From positions 23,902-87,901 of the forward strand of contig DUUJ01000123.1 of NCBI GenBank assembly GCA_012841635.1: a stretch of DNA of 64,000 nt. The letters are read 5' to 3'. Source of the stretch: Clostridiales bacterium. GTDB lineage: Bacteria; Bacillota; Clostridia; Oscillospirales; CAG-272. A model generated the notes under the pieces. It worked only from the letters and a program-made list of their open reading frames with translations, ran no database searches and was not told the DNA's origin. The translations under genes were made by a program, and so were the position numbers. How positions within the stretch are numbered: the stretch's first letter is position 1; every line of letters starts with the position of its first letter. Of the stretch, positions 50,112 through 59,092 are shown one piece after another.

Positions 50112-51356
50112 ATGAATACATACGGCAATGACAGAAAAACGGTTCCCTTTGTACCTGCGGATATTCTGATACCGAAAACCGGACTTGAAAAGTGGGCGAT
50201 AGTCGCCTGTGACCAGTTTACTTCCGAGCCGCAATACTGGCGGGATGTTACCGCTTATGTCGGCGGCGCTCCTTCTGCCCTGAAAATCACTCTGCCGGAG
50301 ATTTATCTGAGTGATGATGATGTATCCGATCGGATAGCCGAAATAAACGACAGGATGCGCGAATACCTTTCCGGCGGAATATTCGAAGAATACAAAGGCT
50401 CAATGATATATGTCGAAAGGACGCTGCATGACGGTCTTGTCAGACGCGGCATAATCGGCGCTATCGACCTTGAGCAGTATGATTATGCCCCCGGCTCCAG
50501 CGCCGCTATAAGGGCTACGGAAGGAACGGTAATCGAAAGGATCCCGCCGCGGGTAAAAATCAGACGCGGCGCCCCTCTCGAGATTCCGCATGCGATGGTG
50601 CTGTTCGACGATCCGGATAACACCGTGATAGGTCCGCTGACATGCGAGACCGGTTCGGAATCAGGTTCGGAGCTATACTCCTTCAAGCTCATGATGGGCG
50701 GCGGTTCTGTGCGGGGACGCAGGCTTACAGACGCAGAGATCGCCGGAGTTACGGATGCGCTCTATACGCTTATGGAAGCGAATCAATCGGAGAACCCGAT
50801 GCTGTTTGCGGTCGGAGACGGAAATCATTCGCTCGCCGCGGCGCGTCAGTGCTATCTTGCCAATCCTACCGAGGCGAACCGATATGCTTTGGCAGAGATT
50901 ATAAACATACATGACATGGCTCTCGAATTCGAGCCGATATACCGGGTGCTCTTCAATGTCGACCCGACAAACGTGATTGAGGAACTTATCGCCGAAGACA
51001 CCGCCGACAGACGGGCACACAGCGTAAGCTATGTCTGCGCCAGCGGTGAAGGCGAAGTCCGCATAGGAGCGGGCAGCGCCCTTGCGGTCGGGGCGGTTCA
51101 GGATTTTATCGACAGGTACCTTGAAAGACATCCGGATGCAATGGTCGATTATATCCACGGACTCGAAGTAGCACGATATCTTTCGCGAGAAAAAGGATCG
51201 GTGGGATTTATCTTTGAAAGTATGCGCAAAGACGAACTATTCCCCGCCGTTTTGAAAGACGGCGCTCTGCCGCGCAAGACTTTTTCGATGGGAGAGGCTC
51301 AGTCGAAAAGGTATTACCTTGAAGCGAGAAGAATCGACCCCGCGGAAGATTACTAA
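50112..51356 (+). CDS. DUF1015 family protein
   Basis: 414 aa. The blocks FVPADILIP...WAIVACDQFTSEP...FAVGDGNHSLAAAR resemble the DUF1015 (COG4198) pattern. The assignment is from memory. Confidence 0.65.
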   Translation: MNTYGNDRKTVPFVPADILIPKTGLEKWAIVACDQFTSEPQYWRDVTAYVGGAPSALKITLPEIYLSDDDVSDRIAEINDRMREYLSGGIFEEYKGSMIYVERTLHDGLVRRGIIGAIDLEQYDYAPGSSAAIRATEGTVIERIPPRVKIRRGAPLEIPHAMVLFDDPDNTVIGPLTCETGSESGSELYSFKLMMGGGSVRGRRLTDAEIAGVTDALYTLMEANQSENPMLFAVGDGNHSLAAARQCYLANPTEANRYALAEIINIHDMALEFEPIYRVLFNVDPTNVIEELIAEDTADRRAHSVSYVCASGEGEVRIGAGSALAVGAVQDFIDRYLERHPDAMVDYIHGLEVARYLSREKGSVGFIFESMRKDELFPAVLKDGALPRKTFSMGEAQSKRYYLEARRIDPAEDY

Positions 51357-51364
51357 AAAATAAT

Positions 51365-51396
51365 TTAATGGGACGGATAATCCGTCCCATTATTAT
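51365..51396. terminator. bidirectional intrinsic terminator
   Basis: Ten-bp stem AATGGGACGG / CCGTCCCATT with a 5-nt loop, flanked by A6 and a T-rich run. It lies between the convergent DUF1015 and SDR genes. Confidence 0.75.
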
Positions 51397-51406
51397 TTCG
51401 GGCATC

Positions 51407-52135
51407 TTATATTTTCCTGCGGCAGCCGTCGATAGGGTAATTAACTCCCGAAATATATCTTGCCTCGTCGGATGCGAGAAAGGATATAAGATCGGCGCAC
51501 TCTTCCGGAGTGCCGCTGCGGCCGATATATGACAAATGTTCGTTATTTCTTCCGTTTTCAGTAATTATGTTGCCGGGCGAAACGGCGTTTACAGTAACGC
51601 CCTTTTCTGTCGCTTCCCGGGCAAGCGCTGCCGAAAAGGCGATAATCGCGCCTTTTGTCATTGAATAATCAACCATATTGGCGATGCCGTAAATCCCGGC
51701 GACCGAAGCGATATTTATAATCCGCCCCCAGCCGCGGCTATACATCGGTTCAAGCAGCGCGTGAGTCAGATACATAGTTCCCATGATATTAATGCCGATT
51801 TTACGATTCCATAAGTCTGAATTCTGTTTTTCAAACGGCATATAACCTTCACGATAGATGCCCGCGTTATTTACCAGTATATCAATATGCCCGAGCTGTT
51901 CTTCCGCGTCTGCCGCCATAGTTCGGCAGGTGTTTTCATCAGAAACATCAACCGTATATGAAACCGTGTTTACGCCGTATTTATCTTTTATTTCGGATGC
52001 GACAGCTTTTAGTCCGGCTTCGTTTATATCGCAAACTGCGATGCCGCAGCCGAAAGAAGCAAGCTTCAAAGCCGTCGCTTTCCCTATTCCGCCCGCCGCG
52101 CCGGTTACAAGCGCGTTTCTGTTCTCGAATGTCAT
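51407..52135 (-). CDS. SDR family oxidoreductase (FabG-like)
   Basis: Motifs TGAAGGIGKA, NNAG and YSMTKGA (YxxxK). It lies 3 nt downstream of SBP paralogue 4. Confidence 0.88.
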   Translation of the reverse strand: MTFENRNALVTGAAGGIGKATALKLASFGCGIAVCDINEAGLKAVASEIKDKYGVNTVSYTVDVSDENTCRTMAADAEEQLGHIDILVNNAGIYREGYMPFEKQNSDLWNRKIGINIMGTMYLTHALLEPMYSRGWGRIINIASVAGIYGIANMVDYSMTKGAIIAFSAALAREATEKGVTVNAVSPGNIITENGRNNEHLSYIGRSGTPEECADLISFLASDEARYISGVNYPIDGCRRKI

Positions 52136-52138
52136 CTG

Positions 52139-53620
52139 TCAACCCTCTAATGACTTCATTCCTTCAATGAATTTATCAATATCTTTCTGCACTTTGCTTT
52201 CATTTTTCTCCAGGAAAGATGCAATCGTATCGGGTCCTCGTTTTGACTGAGCCATAATATTTGTGCATATCCCGCCGAAATCATAGGCGCAGCCGGGGTC
52301 ATAAAGCCGGTTCTCGTAAATCATATCGAGGCAGATCTTTGATTCGTCGTCGCGAAGGATTTTGGTATTGAGAAGCACCTCATAAAAAATCTCGTTCAGC
52401 GAATAATATGATTCCGCCGACAGCAGGTCTATTGCCGCCGCCGAAAGCTCAAGATCGGACACCACCGCGGGAATACAGCATACCGGCGAGACGGTGTAAC
52501 CTATTGAGGTCGAGTAGTTTTCCTGTTCTTCGGTCATCAGCGGAGTGGGAATAACGCCGAAATCGGCTTCCATCGCCCGAAGCTCAAGCAGGCTCTGCAT
52601 CGGACGCATCAAGAAAAGCACCTGATTCTGGATAAACATATTTTCGGTTTCAACTATATTAAGACCATGCGTCTGGCGGTTGAAAAACTGCGCTTTGTCG
52701 TTCATGAAGGCAGAGACATTCTGAAGCACGGTCACGGCAAGCTCAGATTTCATCGCAAATTCGGGTATGCCTTCGGCATTCGGCTTGCAGAACATCAGTC
52801 CGGCGGACTGATAAAGCTCATACATAGCGTCATCCTGACCGGAAAAACCGTAACGATCGTTCTTATCATATTTATCGTTGCCGTCAAGGTCGGCAGATAC
52901 AAGCATGCCGAGTTCTTTTACCCGGTCAAAAGTCCATTTTTTATCTATAACCTCGGCATAAAAATTCCCCATATTATAGTCAGCCGCGATCTGCTTGTTG
53001 AACATTATGATAATCGAAAGCAGCTTTACCATATAGTTCATATCGGAAATTGCGCCCCAGGTCTTGCCGGTTATTTTAAATGCGGCTTCTGCTTTTTGAT
53101 CATACCACGGTTTTGAAAAATCAAGGCAGGAATCGAGCGAAGTAAGATAACCCGCGGGAATAATCGATTTCAACTCTCCCCACTGCGGAATGCAGATATC
53201 GTAATCGGCGCTTCCCGCCATGACCTGAGCGCCTATTTTTTTATTCGCCGTTGAACGGTCGGTATAGGCCTGCTCTTTAATTGTTATGTTAAGCAGCTCC
53301 TCAACCTTGCGGTTACGAAGATATACGGCGTCTCCGAGCAAATCGCCGGTTTCCTCGTCAACATTTACGTCGCAGGCTATCTGATCCGACCAGCCGCAGA
53401 AGGCGACGGGGTCGAAATAAAGTATATTTAAGTCTCTTCCCCCGCCGTCAAGCTGATATTCCGGGAAATCTCGCGTAGTCTCGGCTTCGGTCGTATCTTC
53501 AGTTGTCGGGATGGCGGTGGTTTCATTTACTTTTCCGGAATCGGTTCCGGAGTTTCCGCAGGCTGCAAGCGGGAGCAGCAGCAATAACGCAAGCAGCAGG
53601 GCTGTGATTTTTTTCGACAT
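52139..53620 (-). CDS. extracellular solute-binding lipoprotein, paralogue 4
   Basis: 493 aa, starting MSKKITALLLALLLLLPLAACGNS, which contains the lipobox. Shared blocks: DAVYLRNRKV, DLDGNDKYDKNDRYG, DFGVIPTPLMTEEQENY, LRDDESKICLDMI. Confidence 0.86.
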   Translation of the reverse strand: MSKKITALLLALLLLLPLAACGNSGTDSGKVNETTAIPTTEDTTEAETTRDFPEYQLDGGGRDLNILYFDPVAFCGWSDQIACDVNVDEETGDLLGDAVYLRNRKVEELLNITIKEQAYTDRSTANKKIGAQVMAGSADYDICIPQWGELKSIIPAGYLTSLDSCLDFSKPWYDQKAEAAFKITGKTWGAISDMNYMVKLLSIIIMFNKQIAADYNMGNFYAEVIDKKWTFDRVKELGMLVSADLDGNDKYDKNDRYGFSGQDDAMYELYQSAGLMFCKPNAEGIPEFAMKSELAVTVLQNVSAFMNDKAQFFNRQTHGLNIVETENMFIQNQVLFLMRPMQSLLELRAMEADFGVIPTPLMTEEQENYSTSIGYTVSPVCCIPAVVSDLELSAAAIDLLSAESYYSLNEIFYEVLLNTKILRDDESKICLDMIYENRLYDPGCAYDFGGICTNIMAQSKRGPDTIASFLEKNESKVQKDIDKFIEGMKSLEG

Positions 53621-53683
53621 TATAAAATATATCCTTCCTGTTTTCTATATCGGTCCGAAAGGTACTCAAACAACTGTTACAAT

Positions 53684-53712
53684 ATTATAACCTATTCCGG
53701 AATAATTTGCAA
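53684..53712 (-). promoter_or_regulatory. sigma-70-type promoter for SBP4-SDR
   Basis: The minus strand reads TTGCAA, 17 nt, TATAAT. Confidence 0.55.
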
Positions 53713-53782
53713 TATTAAAAGATTTATTGTTTGTAAATTGCGATAATACGGTTAATAGATGAATTGCCGATAAACCGAAAGC

Positions 53783-53816
53783 AAAAAGAGCCTTTCGGTT
53801 TTTGAAAGGCTCTTTT
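53783..53816 (-). terminator. intrinsic terminator after the HTH-repeat gene
   Basis: Stem GAGCCTTTC / GAAAGGCTC with a 7-nt loop. T-runs are present on both strands. Confidence 0.75.
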
Positions 53817-53844
53817 GAGTTTATGAAAAGGAAATTGTGATTTT

Positions 53845-55236
53845 TTACTGTTGACTATTCAATATGCAGTTGATTATCGTATCGGCGTTTATTTCTCCGG
53901 CGGCGGTAACACTTGCTTTGATCGTGTTGGCATTCAGGCTGCCGCCGATTTCGGCGGAACCGTCTATATTCTCACATTCCACATCGCCGCCGCAATTTAC
54001 ATCACCGCTGATATTATTACATTCCACATCGCCGCCTGCGCAGAGTAAACCTTCGATATTATTGCAGGTGACATCGCCGCCTGATTTGACCGAACCGCCG
54101 ACGTTATTGCATTCGACATCACAGTCTGATTTAACGGGGCCTCCCACATTATTGCAACTGACATCACAGCCTGCTCTGACCGCACCGCCGACATTATCGC
54201 ATTTTACATCTCCGCCGGCTTCGATCGAACCGCCGACATCGCCGCAGGTAATATCGCCGTCCGCTTTGACAGCTCCCTCAACATCTCCGCAACTTATATC
54301 TCCGCCGCAGTATACATCACCACCGATATTTCCGGTAGCGGCATCGCCGTCAGCTACAAGTTTGCCCTTTACATTGCAGCACGAAAGATTTACTCCGGCG
54401 GTGGCATTTCCATAAATGGCCAGACACTGAATTGAATAGCCGCTGTTTGCGGTGCCTGCGATATCGGCGCAGGTGAGTGAATCTCCGACATTAACCGTCC
54501 CCCCGACATTGCCGCAGGTAACAGAATCACCAGCCGTGAGGTTTCCGCCGACATTGCCGCATTCAACGGAATCTCCGGCGCTGAGATTTCCTCCTACAAT
54601 GCCACAGGAAACACTCCCTTCCGCATCGACAAAGCCGCCGATATTGCCTTTAACAGCCGCATTTCCCCAAACGGCTATGTTTATCTTGTTGTCCTGATAA
54701 TCGGAAAGATCGAGTTTGATGGGAGTGTCGTCTTCATATACAGATTCGATATACTGACCGTCTCTGTATCTGATGACATAGACCATTACGTCACTTGATT
54801 CAATTTCGAATTGAGAGAGCCGTCTTAAGAATTTTGACTTGCGATTTTTATAATCGATTGTATCTTTTCTTATGAACTTTTTGAAGTCATCTTCGAAGTC
54901 TTTTGAAATATCGGGTTCTTCCGGTGAAGCGGTCTCATAGGATGAATCCGGAGTTTCCGTTTCATTTTCGGGCTCGCCGATGTCTTCCATGTGTTCCTCT
55001 GTTATAACAGCATCTTGTATTTCCGCCTCACCGTAAAACAGCTCGTCCAAAGATATACCGAAATAATCAGCTATTTTAGGCAGCATCATTATATCCGGCA
55101 TGGATGCTCCGGTTTCCCATTTTGAAACCGCCTGAACCGAGACATTGAATTCCTGCGCGAGTTTGTCCTGAGACAATCCGAGACCGGTTCGCAAATTTCT
55201 GATATTCGCAGCTATGTTTATCTCTTTTGTATTCAT
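53845..55236 (-). CDS. XRE-family HTH protein fused to a Cys-rich 15-residue-repeat (beta-solenoid-like) domain
   Basis: 463 aa with a GAGGGG SD. The N-terminal HTH is LSQDKLAQEFNVSVQAVSKWETG..IADYFGISLDELF, followed by an acidic linker. Residues 191-460 are 18 in-register 15-aa units with consensus GGDVxCxNVGGxVxA. There is no signal peptide or TM. Confidence 0.85.
   Translation of the reverse strand: MNTKEINIAANIRNLRTGLGLSQDKLAQEFNVSVQAVSKWETGASMPDIMMLPKIADYFGISLDELFYGEAEIQDAVITEEHMEDIGEPENETETPDSSYETASPEEPDISKDFEDDFKKFIRKDTIDYKNRKSKFLRRLSQFEIESSDVMVYVIRYRDGQYIESVYEDDTPIKLDLSDYQDNKINIAVWGNAAVKGNIGGFVDAEGSVSCGIVGGNLSAGDSVECGNVGGNLTAGDSVTCGNVGGTVNVGDSLTCADIAGTANSGYSIQCLAIYGNATAGVNLSCCNVKGKLVADGDAATGNIGGDVYCGGDISCGDVEGAVKADGDITCGDVGGSIEAGGDVKCDNVGGAVRAGCDVSCNNVGGPVKSDCDVECNNVGGSVKSGGDVTCNNIEGLLCAGGDVECNNISGDVNCGGDVECENIDGSAEIGGSLNANTIKASVTAAGEINADTIINCILNSQQ
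53857..54666 (-). repeat. degenerate 45-bp (15-codon) in-frame tandem repeat, 18 units, inside the CDS
   Basis: I counted the units by hand from the translation and found no indels between them. DNA identity between units is only moderate. Confidence 0.8.
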
Positions 55237-55306
55237 ATTTCCCCTCTTATAGACTTTTTTATGATTTCCGTTTCAGCATCAGGCTCCGGAGCTCTGCTGT
55301 GCATTT

Positions 55307-55335
55307 ATTATATCATATGTCGTGGTTTTTGTAAA
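55307..55335 (-). promoter_or_regulatory. sigma-70-type promoter for the HTH-repeat gene
   Basis: The minus strand reads TTTACA, 17 nt, TATAAT. The predicted leader is about 65 nt. Confidence 0.5.
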
Positions 55336-55338
55336 CAT

Positions 55339-55601
55339 ACTGCCGGTTGAAACGTTGGTGTTTAATTGCCGGTTATGCCGTTAATCTTTATATTATATAG
55401 CTTGCATGACCTTAAATTAATTTTCCGTCAGAAATAAATCAACTGCCGGTTGATATGAATGTAAAGATAAATAGGAAATATGAATATGCAAAATTTAATT
55501 ATTATTAACTGATTTTTGTGCGGCAGCGTGTATCAACCACGGGTTGATATATAATTTTTTATCATAATAGTATTCTGATATGCATTCAACCCACGGTTGA
55601 T
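55339..55601. promoter_or_regulatory. cluster of TCAACC/GGTTGA palindromes and half-sites (candidate operators)
   Basis: Three palindromes: ATCAAC-TGCCG-GTTGAT (55438-55454), TATCAACC-ACG-GGTTGATA (55531-55549) and TCAACC-CAC-GGTTGA (55586-55600). A 12-nt direct repeat ACTGCCGGTTGA lies at 55339-55350, abutting the -35, and at 55442-55453. A further TGCCGGTT lies at 55367-55374. Confidence 0.45.
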
Positions 55602-55655
55602 GAAGCACTAACTTGAATATTAATATTGGTGGTGAAAATAATCTTTACAAATAAC

Positions 55656-55688
55656 AAACCGGAAGAACCTTGACGGTCTCCCGGTTTT
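55656..55688 (-). terminator. intrinsic terminator after the ABC exporter gene
   Basis: The minus strand reads AACCGGGAGACCG-TCAAG-GTTCTTCCGGTT, an imperfect stem, followed by TGTTATTT. Confidence 0.5.
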
Positions 55689-55695
55689 ATGTTTA

Positions 55696-57438
55696 TTACT
55701 CCGCATCTCTGAACTGATATCTGTAAAGTTCGGCATACATACCGTTTAAAGCCATCAGCTGAGCGTGTGTTCCCTGCTCTTTTATGCCGTCGTCGTCTAT
55801 TACGATAATCTTTGACGCATGTTTTATTGTTGATAAACGATGGGCAACTATTATTGTCGTTCGGCCGCGGCAGAGCTCGTCAAGCGACTGCTGGATCAGC
55901 ATTTCTGTTGCGTTGTCAAGTGAAGAGGTTGCCTCGTCAAGGATAAGCACCGGCGGATCTTTAAGGAAAACGCGGGCAATCGATATCCGCTGTTTCTGCC
56001 CGCCGGAAAGCTTGACGCCGCGCTCTCCGACAAGCTGATTGTATCCTTCCGGCAAAGTCATGATATAGTCATGTATATTGGCAAACTTTGCCGCTTTTTC
56101 AACATCCTCATAGGAAGCTCCAGGGCGGCCGTAAGCGATATTGTCAAATACCGTTCCGTCAAAGAGAAAGATATCCTGAGCGACGATACCTATCGAGTCT
56201 CTGAGAGATTCGCGGGTTACATCCCTGATATCTATGCCGTCGATCGAAATTGAACCGCCGTCTATTTCATAAAAGCGGGGGATGAGGTTGCATATTGTGG
56301 TTTTCCCGCCTCCGGAGGGGCCGACAAGCGCGACTGTCTCTCCTTCGGGAATATCGAAGGATATTCCGGTAAGCACCTGCGCTTTGCCGTCGCCGTAAGA
56401 GAAACTGACATCGTTGAATACAATCTCGCCTTTGACATCAATCAATTCAACAGCATCGGGTGAGTCTTCTTCCACCGGAAGATCCATGATCTCACAGAAG
56501 CGCTTGAAGCCTGACATGCCTTCCTGAAGCTGTTCGATAAAGCCGACTATTCTTCTTATCGGGTTGAGAAAGACGCCAACATAAAGCACAAAGGCGGTGT
56601 AATCGCCGAAATTGATCTTGCCGAGATAGGTAAACAGACCGCCGGTCAGGAGCACCGAGATATATAGGAAATCGGCGATAAAAGCGTTGCCTGCGCCGAA
56701 TTCTCCCATTACCTTATACGCTTTGGATCTGGCTTTTACAAATGCCGAGTTGCCGGCTTCAAACTGATCGTTCTCATAACTCTTATTTGTAAAGGCTTTT
56801 GAAACCCTGATACCGGATATGCTGTTTTCAAGCTGAGCATTGATAACCGCAAGCTCCTCATGGTTCTTTGTGAACGCCGCGCTGAGCTTAAGACGCTTTT
56901 TCAAAGCAAAGATTATCATTATAGGTATCTGACAGAAGATGATAAGCGTCATTGTAAGGTTGACGGAAGCCATCAGTATGAAGGATCCTACCAGAAGCAC
57001 CGCTGAAATGAAAACATCTTCGGGTCCGTGATGCGCAAGTTCGGAAACCGCAAAAAGGTCATTGGTTATCCTTGACATTATGGCTCCTGTTTTGTTGTCG
57101 TCGAAAAATTTCAACGGCATTCTCTGGAGCCGGTCGAAGATTTCACGCCGCATCTGCGCCTGCATCTTTACGCCGATAACATGACCGTAATACTGGGTGA
57201 AGTAATTCATTCCGAGCTTGATCAAGTAAATACAGAGCAATGCTCCCGCGGTTATAAGAACCATATTCATCATTTTTGCCGGAACATATACGTTTAGCAC
57301 CTGTCTTGTCAGCATGGGATAGAACATATCGCAGACGGCAAGCACAAGCGATGCGCCCATGTCAAGGAAAAACATCTTCCTGTGGGGCTTATAATATTGA
57401 ATGAAACGTTTTATGTATATTCTGTCTTTCATAAGCAT
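55696..57438 (-). CDS. ABC exporter, fused permease and ATP-binding protein (MsbA-like)
   Basis: 580 aa. Walker A GPSGGGKTT, signature LSGGQKQRISIAR, Walker B LILDEATS. Confidence 0.9.
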   Translation of the reverse strand: MLMKDRIYIKRFIQYYKPHRKMFFLDMGASLVLAVCDMFYPMLTRQVLNVYVPAKMMNMVLITAGALLCIYLIKLGMNYFTQYYGHVIGVKMQAQMRREIFDRLQRMPLKFFDDNKTGAIMSRITNDLFAVSELAHHGPEDVFISAVLLVGSFILMASVNLTMTLIIFCQIPIMIIFALKKRLKLSAAFTKNHEELAVINAQLENSISGIRVSKAFTNKSYENDQFEAGNSAFVKARSKAYKVMGEFGAGNAFIADFLYISVLLTGGLFTYLGKINFGDYTAFVLYVGVFLNPIRRIVGFIEQLQEGMSGFKRFCEIMDLPVEEDSPDAVELIDVKGEIVFNDVSFSYGDGKAQVLTGISFDIPEGETVALVGPSGGGKTTICNLIPRFYEIDGGSISIDGIDIRDVTRESLRDSIGIVAQDIFLFDGTVFDNIAYGRPGASYEDVEKAAKFANIHDYIMTLPEGYNQLVGERGVKLSGGQKQRISIARVFLKDPPVLILDEATSSLDNATEMLIQQSLDELCRGRTTIIVAHRLSTIKHASKIIVIDDDGIKEQGTHAQLMALNGMYAELYRYQFRDAE

Positions 57439-57504
57439 AAATGTACGGCGGAAGAATCCGCCGTATTAACCAATATCGTTTTTATTATGAACCGCATTCA
57501 CGGC

Positions 57505-57538
57505 AAAAAAGCGGATCGGTGAAGATCCGCCTAAAAAA
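57505..57538 (-). terminator. intrinsic terminator after ftsZ
   Basis: The minus strand reads GCGGATC-TTCACC-GATCCGC followed by TTTTTT. Confidence 0.75.
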
Positions 57539-57547
57539 CAATTTTCT

Positions 57548-58771
57548 TTATCTGCGATCGTTCTGCTGACGGCGAGAGCTCTTCATAATATTCATTATAT
57601 CATTGAAGTCATCATCCGAGATAAAAGACTCGGTCTGCGGTTCCGGAGCCGTCTGAGATTCTTCGGTTTTTGCAGCTTCCGCTTCGGCTTTTGCCGTTTC
57701 GCCGGACTTATAGAACGGCTGTCTCTCGCTTGTCGGGCGGGTCGCGCCGGTTGCGGGAGTTACGGCTTCCTTGCGGGCTTCTACTTTCTTTTCGCCTTCT
57801 CCGTCACTCTTTAACGCGGGGCTGAAACCTGTTGCGATAACCGTTACAAGCATACGATCATCATATGTAGTGTCAAACGCAACGCCGTAAATGACCTGAG
57901 CGTCGGGTGAAGCTTCGTCGGTGATAAATGAAGAGGCAGCTTCTGCTTCGTCAAGTCCGATATCCGGAGATGCGGTAATATTGACGATAATACCCATGGC
58001 GCCTCTGATCGAGGTTTCGAGCAGCGGGCTGGAAATTGCGCCCTTTGCCGCTTCGATGGCTTTATCCTTGCCTTCGGCGCTGCCGATGCCCATATGGGCA
58101 AATCCGCCGTCTTTCATTATAGCGGTTACATCGGCGAAGTCAAGGTTGATATAGCCGGGGACATTTATCAGCTCGGTAATCGACTGAACGCCGCGGCGGA
58201 GCACATCATCGGCTTCTGCAAAGGCATTTTTCAAGGTTATCCGCTTTTCGGAAATCTGTTTTAAGCGGTCATTGGGAATAATAATAAGCGAGTCGACAAT
58301 AGAACTGAATTTTTCTATTCCGGCTTCGGCGGTGCGCATACGGCGCTGACCTTCAAAGCTGAACGGTTTTGTGACTATTCCGACTGTTAATATATCTAAA
58401 TCTTTCGCTATCTTGGCAATTACGGGAGCGGCACCGGTTCCGGTTCCTCCGCCCATGCCTGCGGTGATAAAGCACATTTCCGCGCCTTTAAGCGCGTTGG
58501 TGATTTCCTCGGAGCTTTCTTCCGCAGCTCTTACGCCGATGTCGGGATTTGCCCCGGCGCCGTGGCCTTTGGTTATTTTTTCTCCTATCGGAATCTTTAC
58601 CTGCGCGTTATTCTGATTGAGTGCCTGTTTGTCTGTATTTATGGCAATGAATTCGACACCCTGAACATTGCACTCTATCATATGGTTGACAGCATTGCAG
58701 CCGCCGCCGCCAACTCCGACTACTTTTATTATAACTCCGCTGTCTACTCTCTCATCTAACTCGAATGGCAT
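57548..58771 (-). CDS. ftsZ: cell division protein FtsZ
   Basis: Tubulin signature [13 protein letters not shown], the block [17 protein letters not shown], and a GGGAGG SD. Confidence 0.96.
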   Translation of the reverse strand: MPFELDERVDSGVIIKVVGVGGGGCNAVNHMIECNVQGVEFIAINTDKQALNQNNAQVKIPIGEKITKGHGAGANPDIGVRAAEESSEEITNALKGAEMCFITAGMGGGTGTGAAPVIAKIAKDLDILTVGIVTKPFSFEGQRRMRTAEAGIEKFSSIVDSLIIIPNDRLKQISEKRITLKNAFAEADDVLRRGVQSITELINVPGYINLDFADVTAIMKDGGFAHMGIGSAEGKDKAIEAAKGAISSPLLETSIRGAMGIIVNITASPDIGLDEAEAASSFITDEASPDAQVIYGVAFDTTYDDRMLVTVIATGFSPALKSDGEGEKKVEARKEAVTPATGATRPTSERQPFYKSGETAKAEAEAAKTEESQTAPEPQTESFISDDDFNDIMNIMKSSRRQQNDRR

Positions 58772-59044
58772 CTGTGTTACCTCCCGCTATATTTAAATAC
58801 GCCCGAAAAAAATTGCCGGACGTCGAATATTTTTTATTACCTTATAAAGAAACCATTTCGGAAAAACAGCATACCAAATCGACGTTTATTGCGTTCTCAT
58901 GATATTCCGCTTCGAAACCGTTCTCAGCTTTTGCGCTTCTTCATCAGTTTGCGCAATTATACTTATACTGATTATACTTATAATATGATACCTTTTTTTT
59001 TACATTTTTTCAAGGGGTTTTGATAAAGTTTATAATATTTTAAC

Positions 59045-59076
59045 AACTGAAAGAGCTGTTTTTCATATAAAACAGC
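59045..59076 (-). terminator. terminator-like hairpin after ftsQ
   Basis: The minus strand reads GCTGTTTT-ATATGA-AAAACAGC followed by TCTTTC. Confidence 0.45.
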
Positions 59077-59092
59077 CCAAAACAGCTTTTCC

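Noticed and set aside
53864-54415. A 183-aa plus-strand ORF with a striking Pro-rich periodic sequence (SPP..T.PPTLL repeats).
   Set aside because: It is the antisense frame of the 45-bp coding repeat in the HTH-repeat gene. Its periodicity is inherited from that repeat. It has no SD or promoter, and the sense frame has a clear HTH domain, SD, promoter and terminator.
53857-54666. Periodic 45-bp repeats that might be taken for a CRISPR array or a non-coding tandem repeat.
   Set aside because: The units are contiguous, with no spacer alternation, and are degenerate at the DNA level. They are exactly in frame with a long ORF, and there are no cas genes.
58772-59092. The 321-bp ftsQ-ftsZ gap as a degraded ftsA or a hidden small gene.
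   Set aside because: No ORF of useful length exists in any frame, and I see no remnant FtsA motifs. The region is AT-rich with promoter- and terminator-like elements only.
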